This document shows positions 13,100 to 25,821 of a DNA stretch of 54,557 bases, piece after piece. The stretch comes from Priapulus caudatus (Eukaryota). The stretch spans positions 400,379 to 454,935 of the forward strand of contig NW_014577068.1 of NCBI RefSeq assembly GCF_000485595.1. Reading direction: 5' to 3'. The stretch's first letter is position 1. Every line of letters begins with the position of its first letter. Made by a program: the position numbers and the translations under genes. The notes beneath the pieces were generated by a model, which had not been told where the DNA came from, did no database searches, and worked only from the letters and a program-made list of their open reading frames with translations.

Positions 13100-16000
13100 T
13101 TACAGTCGTGCCCTGTCCAATCTGTCAATCGTGTGTCTGTATTCCTTCTCTAACTCCTCATACATCTTCTGCAGTTTTTCTAGTCGATCAGCATTGCTGA
13201 GATTACCCACAGCCTGAGCCACCTCTTCCGTAGAGAATGCCTTCTGCATCCTCTCCGCGTACATCTTGTCTCGACTGAACGGCTTATTCAGACGGTTTTT
13301 CACGTCGAGTCGATACGCGCGATAGTCGGCAGCGTCGTGCACGTTGGTCGTTCGCAGCCGCAGGATCTCGTAGACGCGACGCGCCTGCTTGCGATTGATC
13401 CTCGTCTTCTCACGCACGGTCTTCGCCATCTCCTCGCACCAGCCGCCCTGGAGCTTCTCCGGCGCGAAGCAGTCGAGCTTCGCGCAGATCTTGCTGTCGG
13501 TGTAGTCGCGCACGCGCTGGAAGTCCTCGGACGGGTCCTCAACGGTGATGTCGAGCACGTCGGCGCGCGAGGCGAGGTCGGCATAGACGGCGCGCAGCAG
13601 CCGCGTGCCATGACCCTGCTGCTGGTGCGGAGGCAGCACGAGCATCTGACTGACGCACGGTCGCAGCCGCTGCGGGTACGCGTAGTAGTTGTACACGGTT
13701 ATGTAGCCGACGACGGCGTGCCTCGGCCGTCCGTCCTGCTGGTATCTTTCGAATAGTAGGTAGAATCGCCAGCGGTCGTCGTCGATGTCGATGAAGGATG
13801 CCGCGTCAATGTACCAGAGGATGAACGTTTGAAGTCGTGCGTGATACTCCTTGAAGCCTGGGCAGCTGATATCACACTTGTACATCTCGAATGTTTTCTG
13901 CTTGCCACCTGTACGTTAAACAATTTGTCGTTTTTAAAAGAGGATTGTACGAAATAGACGGTTTTTTCTTCTGCAGATAGCAGAAATTCGACAACTATAT
14001 TTAGCAGCTTTTATTATTTACAACATATGATTTATTCGTACAGTTAAAGAATACATGATACCCATCATGAAGAACTTATAGGAACAACAATACATTTCAA
14101 TTTGAATACAGTAAAACTCGCATAAGTCGTCATCGTCCAACTCGTCAATTCGCATAAGTCGTCATGGAAGTCAAAGTCCCGATTTTCTCTCATAATAAAT
14201 CCATTGGAATAGCTCCGCCTAAGTCATCATTTATAAGTCGTCATTATGTACAAGTCGTTCCCCTCAGACAGGTCGCATGTAAAACAAACAACAGTAATTT
14301 CCCATCTGTAAGTCGTCTTCAGAAATGCCGATGGCGCACGCAGTGTACGGTCTAGGGGATGTGCGAGCTGGCTGTCGCAAATATGCACTTACTACAGTTC
14401 GTTCCAGAGCACAGCCTCGCGGAATTACCGTATTTTTTCAGCAAGTGTTCCAAGAAAATTTGGCAGACGTGCACCGCAAATGTCCTGTAATGTCCAAACG
14501 TGTAATCAACAGCAGGTGTTACAGATAGCCAGCGTGTGCCGCGCTTGCCGCTAGTGCGTAAGATCAGTGCGTTATAGCCAGCAGCGGTGTTGATTGATGT
14601 ACGGACCCGATAGTTTCATGTCTGCTATGTATGTGGCGCAAACGGACGTCGTGTGTGGAGCATGTTTATGACTGCGTAGGCGTGATGGGCACCTGGGAGG
14701 GGAGCCCTACATATAAGTCGACAAAATGACGACTTACGCGTATGTCATCATTTTTGTAAGTCGGCACAAATATGCTGGTCCCAAGTGTCGACTTATGCAA
14801 GTTTTACTGTATTCAGACATGAACGTGTACATACATCTCTCCAGCTTGTACGAGCTAAGCATCTGTCCATATGGCTTAAAACCTGCATCCTTTTGAAGTT
14901 TCATTACAAAATCTTCCTGGGTTTGGCAAAAGCCTAAAAAATTAATGACATCAGGAATTTTCACAAATTAATTAAGCATTACGCGTACATCAAAACACAC
15001 AAATGCACTGATGAGCTCATGACAAGCATTTACCACCATGTATTAGTGCATGTAGCAGAATCCTAATTTTTATCGTGTTATGTAGCAATGTTCTAATAAA
15101 TCACTGTACTCGCCAGGTACCTTTACAGAGTGGCTAAGCATCATCAAAAATTTGAAACATCTTGCACGACTGCTACAGTGTAAAATGTGAAAATAAGAAT
15201 AATCGTTTATGGTTTGGGTTAAAATTAGGGATACACCTGCAGTTGTAATTTCCATTATATATAGGTGTATGCGAGACGTCACAACAGCTAAAGGCCTAGT
15301 TTCAGTCTAACATTTAAATAGAATTACAGACTTACCTGGAGGAAGATGGTGTGCTATAGCTTTCAACACATTGTCTGCCTCTACACCCAACTGTTTCGCA
15401 TCTACTTTTTCTGAGTAAGTCATGTGTAGGTATGTTATAAGCTTGCATGCGCTATAATACAGCTCAATCTGAAACAGCAGTGATGAATATTAACAGTCGC
15501 CAAGTCGTTCAAGGCGAGTAAAAATAGAGTTGGCTACTAGAATTTCATCGAAAAGTCGCCTGAGTGTGAGGATTTGTTTTCATAGCTATAAATTACATAG
15601 TCAGTGAAATAATTACTAGTTTCAGTGCCATGGTTACACTACTAAAATTTGCTTACTATAATTATTACCATACTAAAACATTTTTTACCACTAAAATGAA
15701 AACTAATTCAACCCATGCTTAAAACTTCTCATAGGAACATGTAGACGTACCTAGATGCATAGTAGAGCACAATTTTTGTGACAACCACCAAGAAAACAAA
15801 TCTTAAAGGGATACTTTCCTCTAGAGGTTTTCTCATAATATTTGAGAAAATATTATGATAGTAGATTTATAAATAATAGCACATACCTATCATTATCTAT
15901 AATTACGCATTCACGTTTGAAATAAAACAACATTGAATTTCGAAATCGTTAGTTTTGGGCGCTGACATGACACCCGCGACCGTGCTGCCACCCTGAAAAG

Positions 16001-17868
16001 TTGCGCATTTGCCAATTTATTTTGCACGTTACAGACCGAGGGCTAATCACAAAAGTCCAATTATATTTATACCTAAATGCTATTTAACCGAACGATATTT
16101 ATTTTAGGACAAATTTATCCATATTATAACTGAAACTATATGTCGTTTATAAGATATTTCAATCCTTCTGCTATACTTATACTTTTACTATAATATATGC
16201 TTATTACTAAACAAGAAACACCCTCGATCTGTAGCCTGCAGCCGAAATGTTGCTTTGCGCAACTTTTCAGTGGTGTCGCTGCCAGTGGCGCCACCGTCGT
16301 TGTAAGCAACGGTATAGCCGTCAGTTTTAAAACGTTCTTTAAAAATATTTCTAATAAATATTGAACCATAAAACTTTTTATGAAGCGTAATTTTAACCTA
16401 CCTTAGCTGAAAATATCTGAAGAACCTAGAGAAATGTATCCCTATAAATTTCGTTGGGTCACACTATAAGCTGGACCCCTAGAATTACTACTTTAGGGGC
16501 CCATATGGCTACTAATTATTGAGGTAGGTTTCCATCACTGAACTGTGAATAGCCATATCTGCTTGTGCACAAGAGTGACTACAACAGTAGCCTCCATTAG
16601 TCCACAACAAAGCATATGGCAGGTAACCTTACATGACTGCATGATCGATTGATTTAATTTTAAACATGACCAATCCTGTACGCAATGATTTTAGCAGTCT
16701 GACTCTAACTGGGAAAAAGCCAAAGAATACTCAGTACTATTATTAGTATACAGTTAAACCTAAGTTAGTAGCCACCTGTTTATAGCTCAGGCCCTGCTTA
16801 AACTACCCTGATGGAAATACTGGGCTGTAAGCACTGTGCAGACCCGCTATACCTACTCAATGCGGCTAGGTACCACTATATTGCCATTTCTCGAGTGGGC
16901 CTCAACTGCACAGCAGCAATCTTTAATGTGTTCACCTCATGCTATCGACATTCAATGTACACTAGCCTCGATCGGGGGCTATTAACTTTTACAGAGTGGC
17001 TATATGCCCGGCAGCCGGGCACGGTCTTCGATTTCCTAAATGCCCGGCAGTTTTTAATTTTCAGCGTTATCTCAAGTAAACAAGGGTTAGGGTTAGGGTT
17101 ATAGGAACTGCTATACCTATGCTAGGTAGCTGCTATACGTTCCAGCCTGTCTCTCTCCTCTTCCTAGCTAACTTATACAACTTGCACACAATTTGATAGC
17201 ACAGTGTTGGGGTCCTGAAGCACTGTACATTTTTATTTAGGCGATCAGTAGAGTAGTTACGCACAGTACCCACGAACATAATGTTCAGATGGTATGCCGG
17301 TATACCGGACCGTACCCAGGGGACATAGACCCTCTCAGCTTCACTGACACTGTTCAGACTGTTCTGTTCATGTATATTATTATTAAACAATAGTAATAGT
17401 ATTATATAAATAATTGATTAATTCGTCTGGGGCCTGGGCCACTTCGGCACTAGCTTGCCAATGCCACCCCTGGAAACTACGACCCCGTCTTGCTATGCAG
17501 GTTTGGCTGTATTTCTAATATCACTAGGCCTTTAAAACTTGCACAACCAATACAAATTTAAACACTTTTCGTACACTGACTCTGAGTACAGACTTTTTAG
17601 ACTACAGACTACAGTACAGACTATAGGCCTAAAGACTACAGTCTAGGCTACAGTAGGTACTCACCTTGAGATCTTTGTATCCAAATATTCTCTCGCTCTC
17701 TCCAAACACTTGGTGAGACATTTCTGGTTTAAATGTTGTAGCATCGTTAGACAAATCACTCTCCTGCGAGACTAACTTGATATGCACTGCATCGTTTGCC
17801 GAACATATGTATTCTCTTAACTTATCATGAGATAAACTCACTTCGTCGCCTCCTGCGAGTCCCGCCAT
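13100..17868 (-). CDS. HAT1: Histone acetyltransferase type B catalytic subunit (HAT1), 4 coding exons, 414 aa
   Basis: Exons (minus): 17868-17665, 15468-15336, 14933-14835, 13908-13100; total 1245 nt, phases consistent, all GT-AG. Motifs: FKPEMSHQVFGESERIFGYKDLKIELYYSA; YHARLQTFILWYIDAASFIDIDDDRW; YNYYAYPQRLRPCVSQMLVLPPHQQQGHGTRLL (GNAT acetyl-CoA motif); DITVEDPSEDFQRVRD; RINRKQARRVYEILRL; YRLDVKNRLNKP. Confidence 0.97.
14109..14809. mobile_element. Tc1/mariner-pogo-type MITE (TA target duplication) in HAT1 intron
   Basis: TA|CAGTAAAACTCGCATAAGTCG ... CGACTTATGCAAGTTTTACTG|TA; 21-bp TIR with 1 mismatch; subterminal ATAAGTCG repeats; no ORF. Confidence 0.85.
15807..16443. mobile_element. 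Non-autonomous TIR element, Kolobok-like (TTAA target)
   Basis: TTAA|AGGGATACTTTCCTCTAG ... CTAGAGAAATGTATCCCT|ATAA; imperfect TIR, TSD has one mismatch. Confidence 0.6.
16992..17111. mobile_element. Truncated copy of the TTAGGG-containing MITE family (see 18955-19921)
   Basis: TA|CAGAGTGGCTATATGCCCGGCAGCCGGGCACGGTCTTCGATTTCCTAAATGCCC...TTCAGCGTTATCTCAAGTAAACAAGGGTTAGGGTTAGGGTT...AGGAACTGC, matching the copy in ARV1 intron 1; right TIR absent. Confidence 0.75.
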
Positions 17869-18800
17869 TTTTCCCGCGTGAATGTACAGTGCTCATCGGT
17901 ATTGTGTTTGGTAACATATTCATAGGAATAAAATCGCTGCGCACCGGCCTCCTAATGTAGATGGTAGCTCTACTTTCCGACCGGCAAGACGTTTTCCGCT
18001 CACTTTTAGGTCGTATTATATAGTTCAATCCATGACGGGTATAGATTTATGTGTTTATTTATACGCATTATGTGTTATTATACTTATGTATGCATTGACG
18101 GTACGTGTAAGGGTACGTATACAGGGCGGTAGGCAGGTACCCCATTTTGCATAGGGCAAAACCATGCACGTACGTGCGTGTATCTAATTTTTTATGAGGG
18201 GAAACTGTCCCCTTTTCCCCGCTAGATACGGCCCTGAAAGTTAGTAGGAAAGTGCGCAATTAGCTCATCACCGTGACGTCAATTTATTGTATCTAGCCCA
18301 TCGCATGCCATATATCCCACCCCATCGCATGCCCAGTGGCGTTGCCAGGGGGGGGCGATGGGGGCAGTCGCCCCCCCTAAGATTTAGAAGGCAAAAAAAT
18401 AGAAAATAAAGTTTAAACAAAAACTGATTCGCCTCACTGAAATAAAGACAAATTCAATTGTAATACTGCGATTCAGTTGATCAGTTTAATTTGGCCGGTC
18501 TTCTTTTCGTAAGTGAGGTCAGGCGCGTCGGAAGCAGTTTTGGATTGGGGGGGGGGCAAAGACCTAAGGGAGCTCNNNNNNNNNNAGGATAGGGTTAGGA
18601 TAGATACAATAATGTAACCCAAACACAGCTAGGACTGGACCCCTATCCTGGGTTTGGGTTACATTATTGTATCTAGGGTTACCTAAGCCTAAGGCCTAGG
18701 CAACTGTACGCAGGCTATCTTCTAAAATTAAGCTATGATCAACTACTCGCCAGTTTTAGTGTCAGGTAGTAGAAGGAGAGACAACAGATAATTTGGAAGA
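17869..18800. promoter_or_regulatory. Putative bidirectional promoter region between HAT1 and ARV1
   Basis: Divergent start codons ~930 nt apart in the assembly (includes a 10-N gap, so true size unknown); palindromic CRE TGACGTCA at 18274-18281. Confidence 0.5.
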
Positions 18801-21800
18801 ATGGAAAAGGGCGTGATAAGGCGAACCACAGAGGAACAACGTTACAAGTGCATTAACTGTGGCCACAATGTTCCAGAATTGTGCAAGAAGTACAATGCAA
18901 ATGTGATCAAATTGGCTCACTGCGTAAGGCCTTTTACTTTACTTTGATTTTATACAGAGTGACTGAGTGGCTATATGCCCGGCAGCCGGCATATATCTGA
19001 TGGCTGCCGGGCACGGTCTTCAATTTCCTAAATGCCCGTCATTTTTAGCTCACCTTGACATCGTCAAGCTGAGCTATTGCCATGGGTCATCGTCCGTCGT
19101 ACGTCCGTCCGTCCGTCAACATTTGGCTACGGTCAACGATAAGTCGATAACTCAGGAACCGTTTGACCCACATGTTTGAAATTGGGCATAGTTGTTACTG
19201 CTATGCTCCCATATTGAACGTCCTATTTTGGAGCACGCCAGTCGACGTACTTTCGAGCCACGGCAATTTTTTGGCAAAAATGGGAATTAAATTACCATTT
19301 GTCAGTTCAGGTTCAACGGATTTTGTTTATTTTTGGTATGTGAATGAATAAGGGCTAGGGGGTTGATATTTAAAAAAATTATGCAAATTAGGTAGGTTTT
19401 GGCAATTATATAGCAGATTATATAGACACGATAACAGATAACAGTCTGTGGTGTCACACTCGTCTGGTTCGTTTTACAAGATTTCATTGACAATATCTTT
19501 AATGCAAAATTGGTATTTCCTCTCCACCCTGCCGATAAAACGTCTATATTAAAGTAAAGTTTTACAAAACATGTCGGAACGCAGCATTTAACCTATTTAT
19601 TTCGAATGCCATCGCTAAGAAACATCAAAGCGGGTATAGCGCCATCTACCATCACAAATTGTGATTCATTTTGGTTTATAAATTATTATTGCGATATACA
19701 GATGGCAATCGTTTCTATAATGTACGTCGATGGTTGCTCAATTAAAACTGACTTCTTCTCACTCACTCATTTGTGTCCTTTTTTGTGGTGAGCTACAGTG
19801 TCATTGACACTTTCATTTAATTTTCAGCGTTATCTCAAGTAAAGAAGGGTTAGGGTTAGGAACTGCAGGGCATTTAGGAAATCGAAGATCGTGCCCGGCT
19901 GCCGGGCATATAGCCACAGCGTATTTTATATTGTACATTATAGGTAGTGACTACATTAGCTCTAGGGTAACATCCCAGTTGGCTTACTCCCATTTCGCCT
20001 ACACCCATTTTGTCTACGCGTCCCATATTTCGCCTACTCCCATTTCGTCTACTCTCAGAATCGGCAATATTCCCATTTCGCCTACTCCCATTGTTTCATT
20101 TTTTTACTACTGTATTTTCTATTTTTGTTCTCATTATTTGTACCTATGTTTTCTTCTGGTTCCTGTAGTCAATGTATGCCAATCAAAACCATATTTTATT
20201 TTATTATTTATAAATGATTATTTAGTGAACAAACTGATCGTAGACGAAATGGGAATGAGGTAGATTTGAGCGTAGACGAATTGGGAGTAGGCAAAATGGG
20301 TATAGGCCAACTGGAAATTTTGCCGTAGGCGAAATGGGAGTAGGCCAACCGGGAATAAACCAGCTCTAATACTACTTGGCCCGTGTACAGTTGCCGCACG
20401 TGGGCTATAGTACTAGAGCTATGACTACATGTGATGTGTGACTTCTGGACACCTAGATTCAAGCATCTTGACTTGGAATTCAATCATCCCAGAATATTTG
20501 GATATATCTTTTAAGCGATAGACGGTCAAACCCTGACTTAATTGTTTAACAGTTGAAACCAATAGAATCAGACCAGACCGACGGGAAACTTTTAAAATTA
20601 TAAAAATAACGGAATAGTGGTAAGACTAACCAACTTGCGCTTTCAATATATACTCCGGAACAAAAGGCCACTGATAAACCGAGAGCCGGACTACGCTGTA
20701 GACAGTATTTTTAGCCATGTGATTGAGTGATCGACATGTGGAATGATCCCCTATGTGAGGCAGTGCTGTGTCTAACAACCAATGAATGCTGTATGTACGT
20801 CTTGACACATACTTATACACACCCATTCATAACCCCTCGCTATTAATCCCCAGGCATCCAAGTAAAAATCCAGGTAAAATTTATAAAAGGAATACGTGAA
20901 CAGCTAGCCTGTGGGCTGCGCACTTGGAAATCGGACATGTAGTCACTTTCTATAATATATCACTCGGTATATATCACTTTGTATCAAACTGTGTATGTAG
21001 TACATGGTATTACTTTTCCAATTTTTTCAATTAACAATTAAATACCACATTAAGTACCACATGTAGGTTCCTATTACTATATTTATTCAATTTTATTCAA
21101 TAGAATAAAGGGATGGGAATTTTACGGTTGTCTGTACTTCAGCCTTTTTATGGTAGCTGCAATGGTTTATGCTACGCATTAGGACAGTAGGACACTTGTT
21201 CTTTGCTTGCCTGCATGTCTACCTTTACCAGGGGGGGGGGGGTCATGGAAGGAACATTCACGTTGCGGCACCTGTCAGGTTTTCCACCTGCGAATCTTAC
21301 CACACTACACTACTATTGCTACTATCGCTACTTCCAACAAGCTTCATTGCCTGTTGATTCATTGTCTATCCGTCGACCAACAAGTTGGCGAGTCTTGGCG
21401 TCGACAGCTTGGGTCCTTGTCAGGACCGGCACTGAACCTGAGAGGGTCTATGTCCCCCGGGGTACTGCCGGAACGTACCCTGGTACTATCTAATATGCCG
21501 GACCATACCTTGCCTACTCCACTAACGAGTCTAGGGAGTCGCCTACGCCTTCTCCCTAACCCTAACCCTAACCCTAACATTAACCCTAACCATATCAAAT
21601 AGTTACCAGGGTACGTTCCGGTATACCGGACCTTACACAGGGTACGTTCCGGCAGTACATGGGGGACATATAATCCCTATCAGCGGCACTGAGTATCATC
21701 TTATCCAACATTGAAGGTCTCTCAAGCGCACTCTACCTTTACTTGCTGCTTTCATATTGATTTACGTAAAGTGTGTTACATTTTCTCCTGATATCTCTTG

Positions 21801-24800
21801 CCGGTTGTCATTTCTATAGAATTTTTGGTCGATTGCCAAGTAAAATCATGCTCAGATGTGACAGCTTCTGTTCTGCTGTCTTTTCTACAGGATCTATGTG
21901 GGAAGCAAGTGGACAAGTATATAGAGTTTGACCCAGTAATAATTTTCCTTGATGCCGTGCTGCAAAAAAAAGAGCCCTATAGACATGTTATTTTTAACAC
22001 GGAATTTAAGGTAAATTTGTATAGGTGTATGGTGTTGTGAATTTTCCAACTGTAAAGATATGTATGTATATCTATGACTGTATATCGAGCTATGCTTTAT
22101 AATGAATTGCACACTCTTCACATTCACCTCAAGCATAATTTGTATTTATAACATAATATCAGGAGTGTATAATAATAGACATATTTCTATTATTATACAA
22201 TCCTGATAATTTTGTCATGATAATTATATAGTTTTTTGCTTCATACCTGTTTAAAATGAAAGAAACAGGTAGTTAAAAACTTGCATATCAGTAGTAGTTG
22301 TGGCCAGGTTATAGGTTTAGAAGTTGTTATCTATGAGCTCCGATGTCAGTCTGTTGGTTATAACTCCTGATCCAATGTCGTCATGTGTTATAGGCCTACT
22401 TAATTATCTTGCATGGGCTTAATTGCTATATAGGCACACTGGAGGTTGGTTATCTTCTTCATCATCTGTGATGCTTATGTGATGTGGACTCAAGAAAAGT
22501 CCCTCTCTGAGGCAAAGACATCCAATTATGAGCCTTTGTTTTATGCTATTGAAGGAAGATTCTACAACATGTGCATGAAAGCTAGTATTGGTATGCATTA
22601 ATAGACTCATTGTAGTTACAGTTGGATCTTATGTACATATACTATTGTAATAAACACTATATGTATCACTCTGTTATGAGTATAAAAATAAAAGCCACTT
22701 TTCCCAGCAGGTCCATCGCTAGTGGTGCATGGTGTGTAGGGGATGGGTTGTCACCAAGAGAAATATAGTTGCTTTAAATGGTGAATGGCAGTAACCTTCT
22801 CAGAACACACCGCACGTGGCTTTGGTGGCCATGCCTAGATGGTGATTTCGATAATATTTAGAAAAAAAGATCTACATTTAATTTAATGTGTTAGTAATGT
22901 ATCAGTCATAATCACAACATCATACATATATACGTGGTTTATAAAGCTTATGTAATTTCATGGAATGCTGAGTAATGTGAGCCTGAGTTCAGTGTTCGAA
23001 TTTCATACACGTGCATTGATATCAAGTTGTGTGGTTGCCGTTATGTCTTTGCATGTTACCTAGAAGATTTTGCAATGACTACAGTATTGGAATGTTTTGT
23101 CTGCCTTACCTTGATAGTACGTATTCGTTGTATTGTAACAGATTTGCTTAAAACTTAAGTAACTTTCAGAAAATTCTTTTTCTTTTAGAAATTTTGGTGT
23201 TCTTCTCGACAGTCATCATTTGCAGTGAGCTCAGATTTCAGCTGCGTGGACCGGCTGGGAGTAGACCCAGACCTAGGTAACATGTCATCTATATTTACCT
23301 CCATGTGATCTGGCGATATAATATTTGCAATTATTAATGTACCGGTAATGTATAGTATTCCCTGTTGTGCTATTTTTTATTCTTAAACCCCCTTATAAAT
23401 TTGATAGTGCATATATATACATTCCAGCATATCTTTACAAGTTCTGTTTTCACCTTGTTTACCATAGTATACGATCAGTGCTGGATGGAATAATCATATC
23501 AAGTTTTGGCAAGTTCCTAGCCATTCCAGCAATCATCTGGGGCCAGAGTAGCAATGTTGTCTACCTCACACTTACTGAGCTCTTGATATTCACGTCTAAT
23601 GTGCAGGCATTTACAGGTGAGGCCATTAGTAGGGGTAAGGGGGTTCACAGTTCACAGCTGCAAAATAAACTGCTTTTCACATTTCACCAGTCAAAATAAT
23701 GCTTATTTCACAGGATCACAGGAGTAATTCCAGCTTTTACAGCAAAATTCAGACTCATAAGATAAGGTCGATAGAAGTATACAAGTGTTCTAAATATCAA
23801 CAACATTCTAAATATCAAAAATATGCTTGCCGCCAGTAGTGCATGCTTATACATGTGTGTGCTGGTGTGTGCGTGCGGTCGTGGCGAGCGAGCGGTGTGT
23901 GCCGTGTGATGCGTGCGTAATATATAGTTTCCATATGTTCTTCTATCAGCTAGGGGGTTCCGGGTGCATGCCCCCCCCCCCGGGAATTTTAAAAAAATTA
24001 GGCTAATTTGGTGCATTCTGGTGAATTTTGAGGCCTGTGACCGGTTTCTGGAAAACGTGCAAACGGTCTAAATCGCGGCCTGACATGCCATATAGATTCA
24101 CGAGGAAAGAGTCCTCTTATCAAGTTCACAGACTACAATAAAAGCTAATCACGCTTCACGCAAGGTGGTCCATTCACAGTTCACAGACAAAATAAATTGC
24201 AATTCACAGTTCACAGGTATAAAACGGCCGATCACGTTTCACGAAAATACCCTTACCCACCCTTTAGTAGTATCAAAGGTAGATGTGTTATTATCTACTC
24301 TTGGTAGTATTCCAGCTCACGCATATATGCGTGGACGTGCACGCGCGCACGCACGCACGCACGCACACACGTGCGAAAATAGAAAATTAAATTGTCAACA
24401 TAAATAATACAATGTGCCAACAATTTTGTATTTGCTTGTATTATTGTTATATATTGTATTATATATATATATTAGGGCTGTAACGATACACCGAAATCGA
24501 ATCGGATCGCGATTCTCTTCCTCGATCATCCCCGATATTTTCCCCGTATTTTCGCGTTCCACTTCGATACCAAAATTTTTTCTCTAATAGAGTGGCGGCA
24601 CTACGCCATTATACTGTGGAGTTTTTACTCCCATATGTTACTAGCGGCTGTGCATGTATATGATACTCTCTAGACTCTCTATGCTATTCACCATTTGGAT
24701 ATTTCATTGGCCAATCTCTAATAAATTATTTATCTGACATAATAATGAATAATATAAGAACAATGATAACATATTCAAATCTTTGGGAAATCGATCGAAG

Positions 24801-25821
24801 GAATCGAATCGAGAAGCGCTAATTATCGAGAACCGGATCGAATCGAGAGGCTTGGTATCTGTTACAGCGCCCTAATATATATATATGCAGGAGTAGATAA
24901 ATAGGAAGAGTTGACTTCAAAAACAAGGAAAATTCGTATTTACTAGCCTTATTAATACTACATTTCTACGGCGTACACTCATCACTGAGCCTCAAATGCG
25001 TACACAGTACATTCGCCTAGCATCTGCGAAACGTTTCTCGTATACACAAGCAATTCAGAGAATACAGACTAAAAACGTACACACGCATTATTCTTCCTTT
25101 TGGCCATCAATCCTGCAGGCCGATTTGCCCGCCTATATTCAAAACAAAAGGCAGCTACTAACGCACTGTGGTATGCTGCGCGTGCGAGGGCGTGTGCTTC
25201 GCAGGCGAGATTGCGTGGGGACGTGTCGTGCGGTGCGGGGCCATAGCTCGTACTCGGTTGTCGATTTGCCGGTTATGATAGCTGTATTGCTCCTCGTCCA
25301 AGGTTATCTCGCCGAGTGTTGCGTCGATGTCCAATCTTCCCAGTGAGCCACACCGCCTTGCCGCATGAGCACAGTGCGTCCGTAGGTAGTCTGCTTTGTG
25401 TTTGCACAGTTTGGGGGAGATATGTTCAGCATTGATGGCCAAAGACATGGATAATCCGTGTGTCGTACTTTTAGTTCTGTAATCTCCGGATTTGCTGCGA
25501 TGTATACGATGGAAACGATTTGGCAGGCCATGCGTGAGGCCAATGTTACTCGTGCTACCCGATTTGCAGCTCAAGTATTGCGATGATGTTACGCCCATTA
25601 GTATAATCGTTAGGTATTATAAGGCTAGTAAATTACGAATTTCCCTTGTTTATTGAAGTCACACTCCTTCCCTATTATCTACTCCTGATATATATATATA
25701 TTTTAATATTTTAATCTGTGATTTTACTGTAGTGACATGGGAAGCAAGAAAAGCAGTCAGCATAGCCATAATAGGATGTGGCTTTTTAATGAGATACTGC
25801 CTTCATCCATTGTGGAGCTAA
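18801..25821 (+). CDS. ARV1: Protein ARV1 (ER membrane lipid/GPI homeostasis protein), 6 coding exons, 241 aa
   Basis: Exons 18801-18923, 21891-22010, 22434-22590, 23189-23276, 23468-23616, 25733-25821 (TAA); 726 nt, phases consistent. ARV1 homology domain: YKCINCG...IKLAHC|DLCGKQVDKYIEFDPVIIFLDAVLQKKEPYRHVIFN, then HWRLVIFFIICDAY and IISSFGKFLAIPAIIWGQ...FTSNVQAF hydrophobic segments. Confidence 0.95.
18955..19921. mobile_element. MITE with ~50-bp TIRs and an internal TTAGGG tract, interrupted by a HINE
   Basis: Left GTGGCTATATGCCCGGCAGCCGG...GGCACGGTCTTCAATTTCCTAAATGCCC; right GGGCATTTAGGAAATCGAAGATCGTGCCCGGCTGCCGGGCATATAGCCAC; flanked by TA; GGGTTAGGGTTAGG near 19847. Confidence 0.8.
19042..19815 (+). 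mobile_element. Helentron-associated non-autonomous element (HINE/DINE-1-like)
   Basis: 5' TTTTTAGCTCACC with nearby inverted partner GCTGAGCTA, (GTCC)n microsatellite at ~19093-19117, 3' subTIR GGTGAGCTA (19787-19795) followed by palindrome AGTGTCATTGACACT; sits in a T-run with no TSD. Confidence 0.8.
19966..20361. mobile_element. MITE with repetitive TIRs (CCTACTCCCATTTCG motif) and 7-8-bp TSD
   Basis: AGCTCTAG|GGTAACATCCCAGTTGGCTTACTCCCATTTCGCCTAC ... GTAGGCGAAATGGGAGTAGGCCAACCGGGAATAAACC|AGCTCTAA. Confidence 0.8.
21430..21691. mobile_element. MITE with internal (CCCTAA)n tract
   Basis: Left CTGAGAGGGTCTATGTCCCCCGGGGTACTGCCGGAACGTACCCTG; right CAGGGTACGTTCCGGCAGTACATGGGGGACATATAATCCCTATCAG; CCCTAA repeats ~21554-21591; related right end at ~17290-17346. 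Confidence 0.75.
24473..24874. mobile_element. hAT-like MITE inserted in (TA)n
   Basis: ATATATAT|TAGGGCTGTAACGATAC ... GTATCTGTTACAGCGCCCTA|ATATATAT; subterminal ATCGA/ATCGG motifs. Confidence 0.75.
24888..25687. mobile_element. Non-autonomous TIR element with ~70-bp TIRs (CAGGAG termini) in (TA)n
   Basis: CAGGAGTAGATAAATAGGAAGAGTTGACTTCAAAAACAAGGAAAATTCGTATTTACTAGCCTTAT vs ATAAGGCTAGTAAATTACGAATTTCCCTTGTTTATTGAAGTCACACTCCTTCCCTATTATCTACTCCTG. Confidence 0.8.

Noticed and set aside
13300..13756. ORFs overlapping HAT1 exon 4
   Set aside because: Alternative frames of a GC-rich coding exon.
17083..21591. TTAGGG runs as a chromosome end or fusion scar
   Set aside because: Only 2-5 units each and embedded between TIRs of MITEs within introns.
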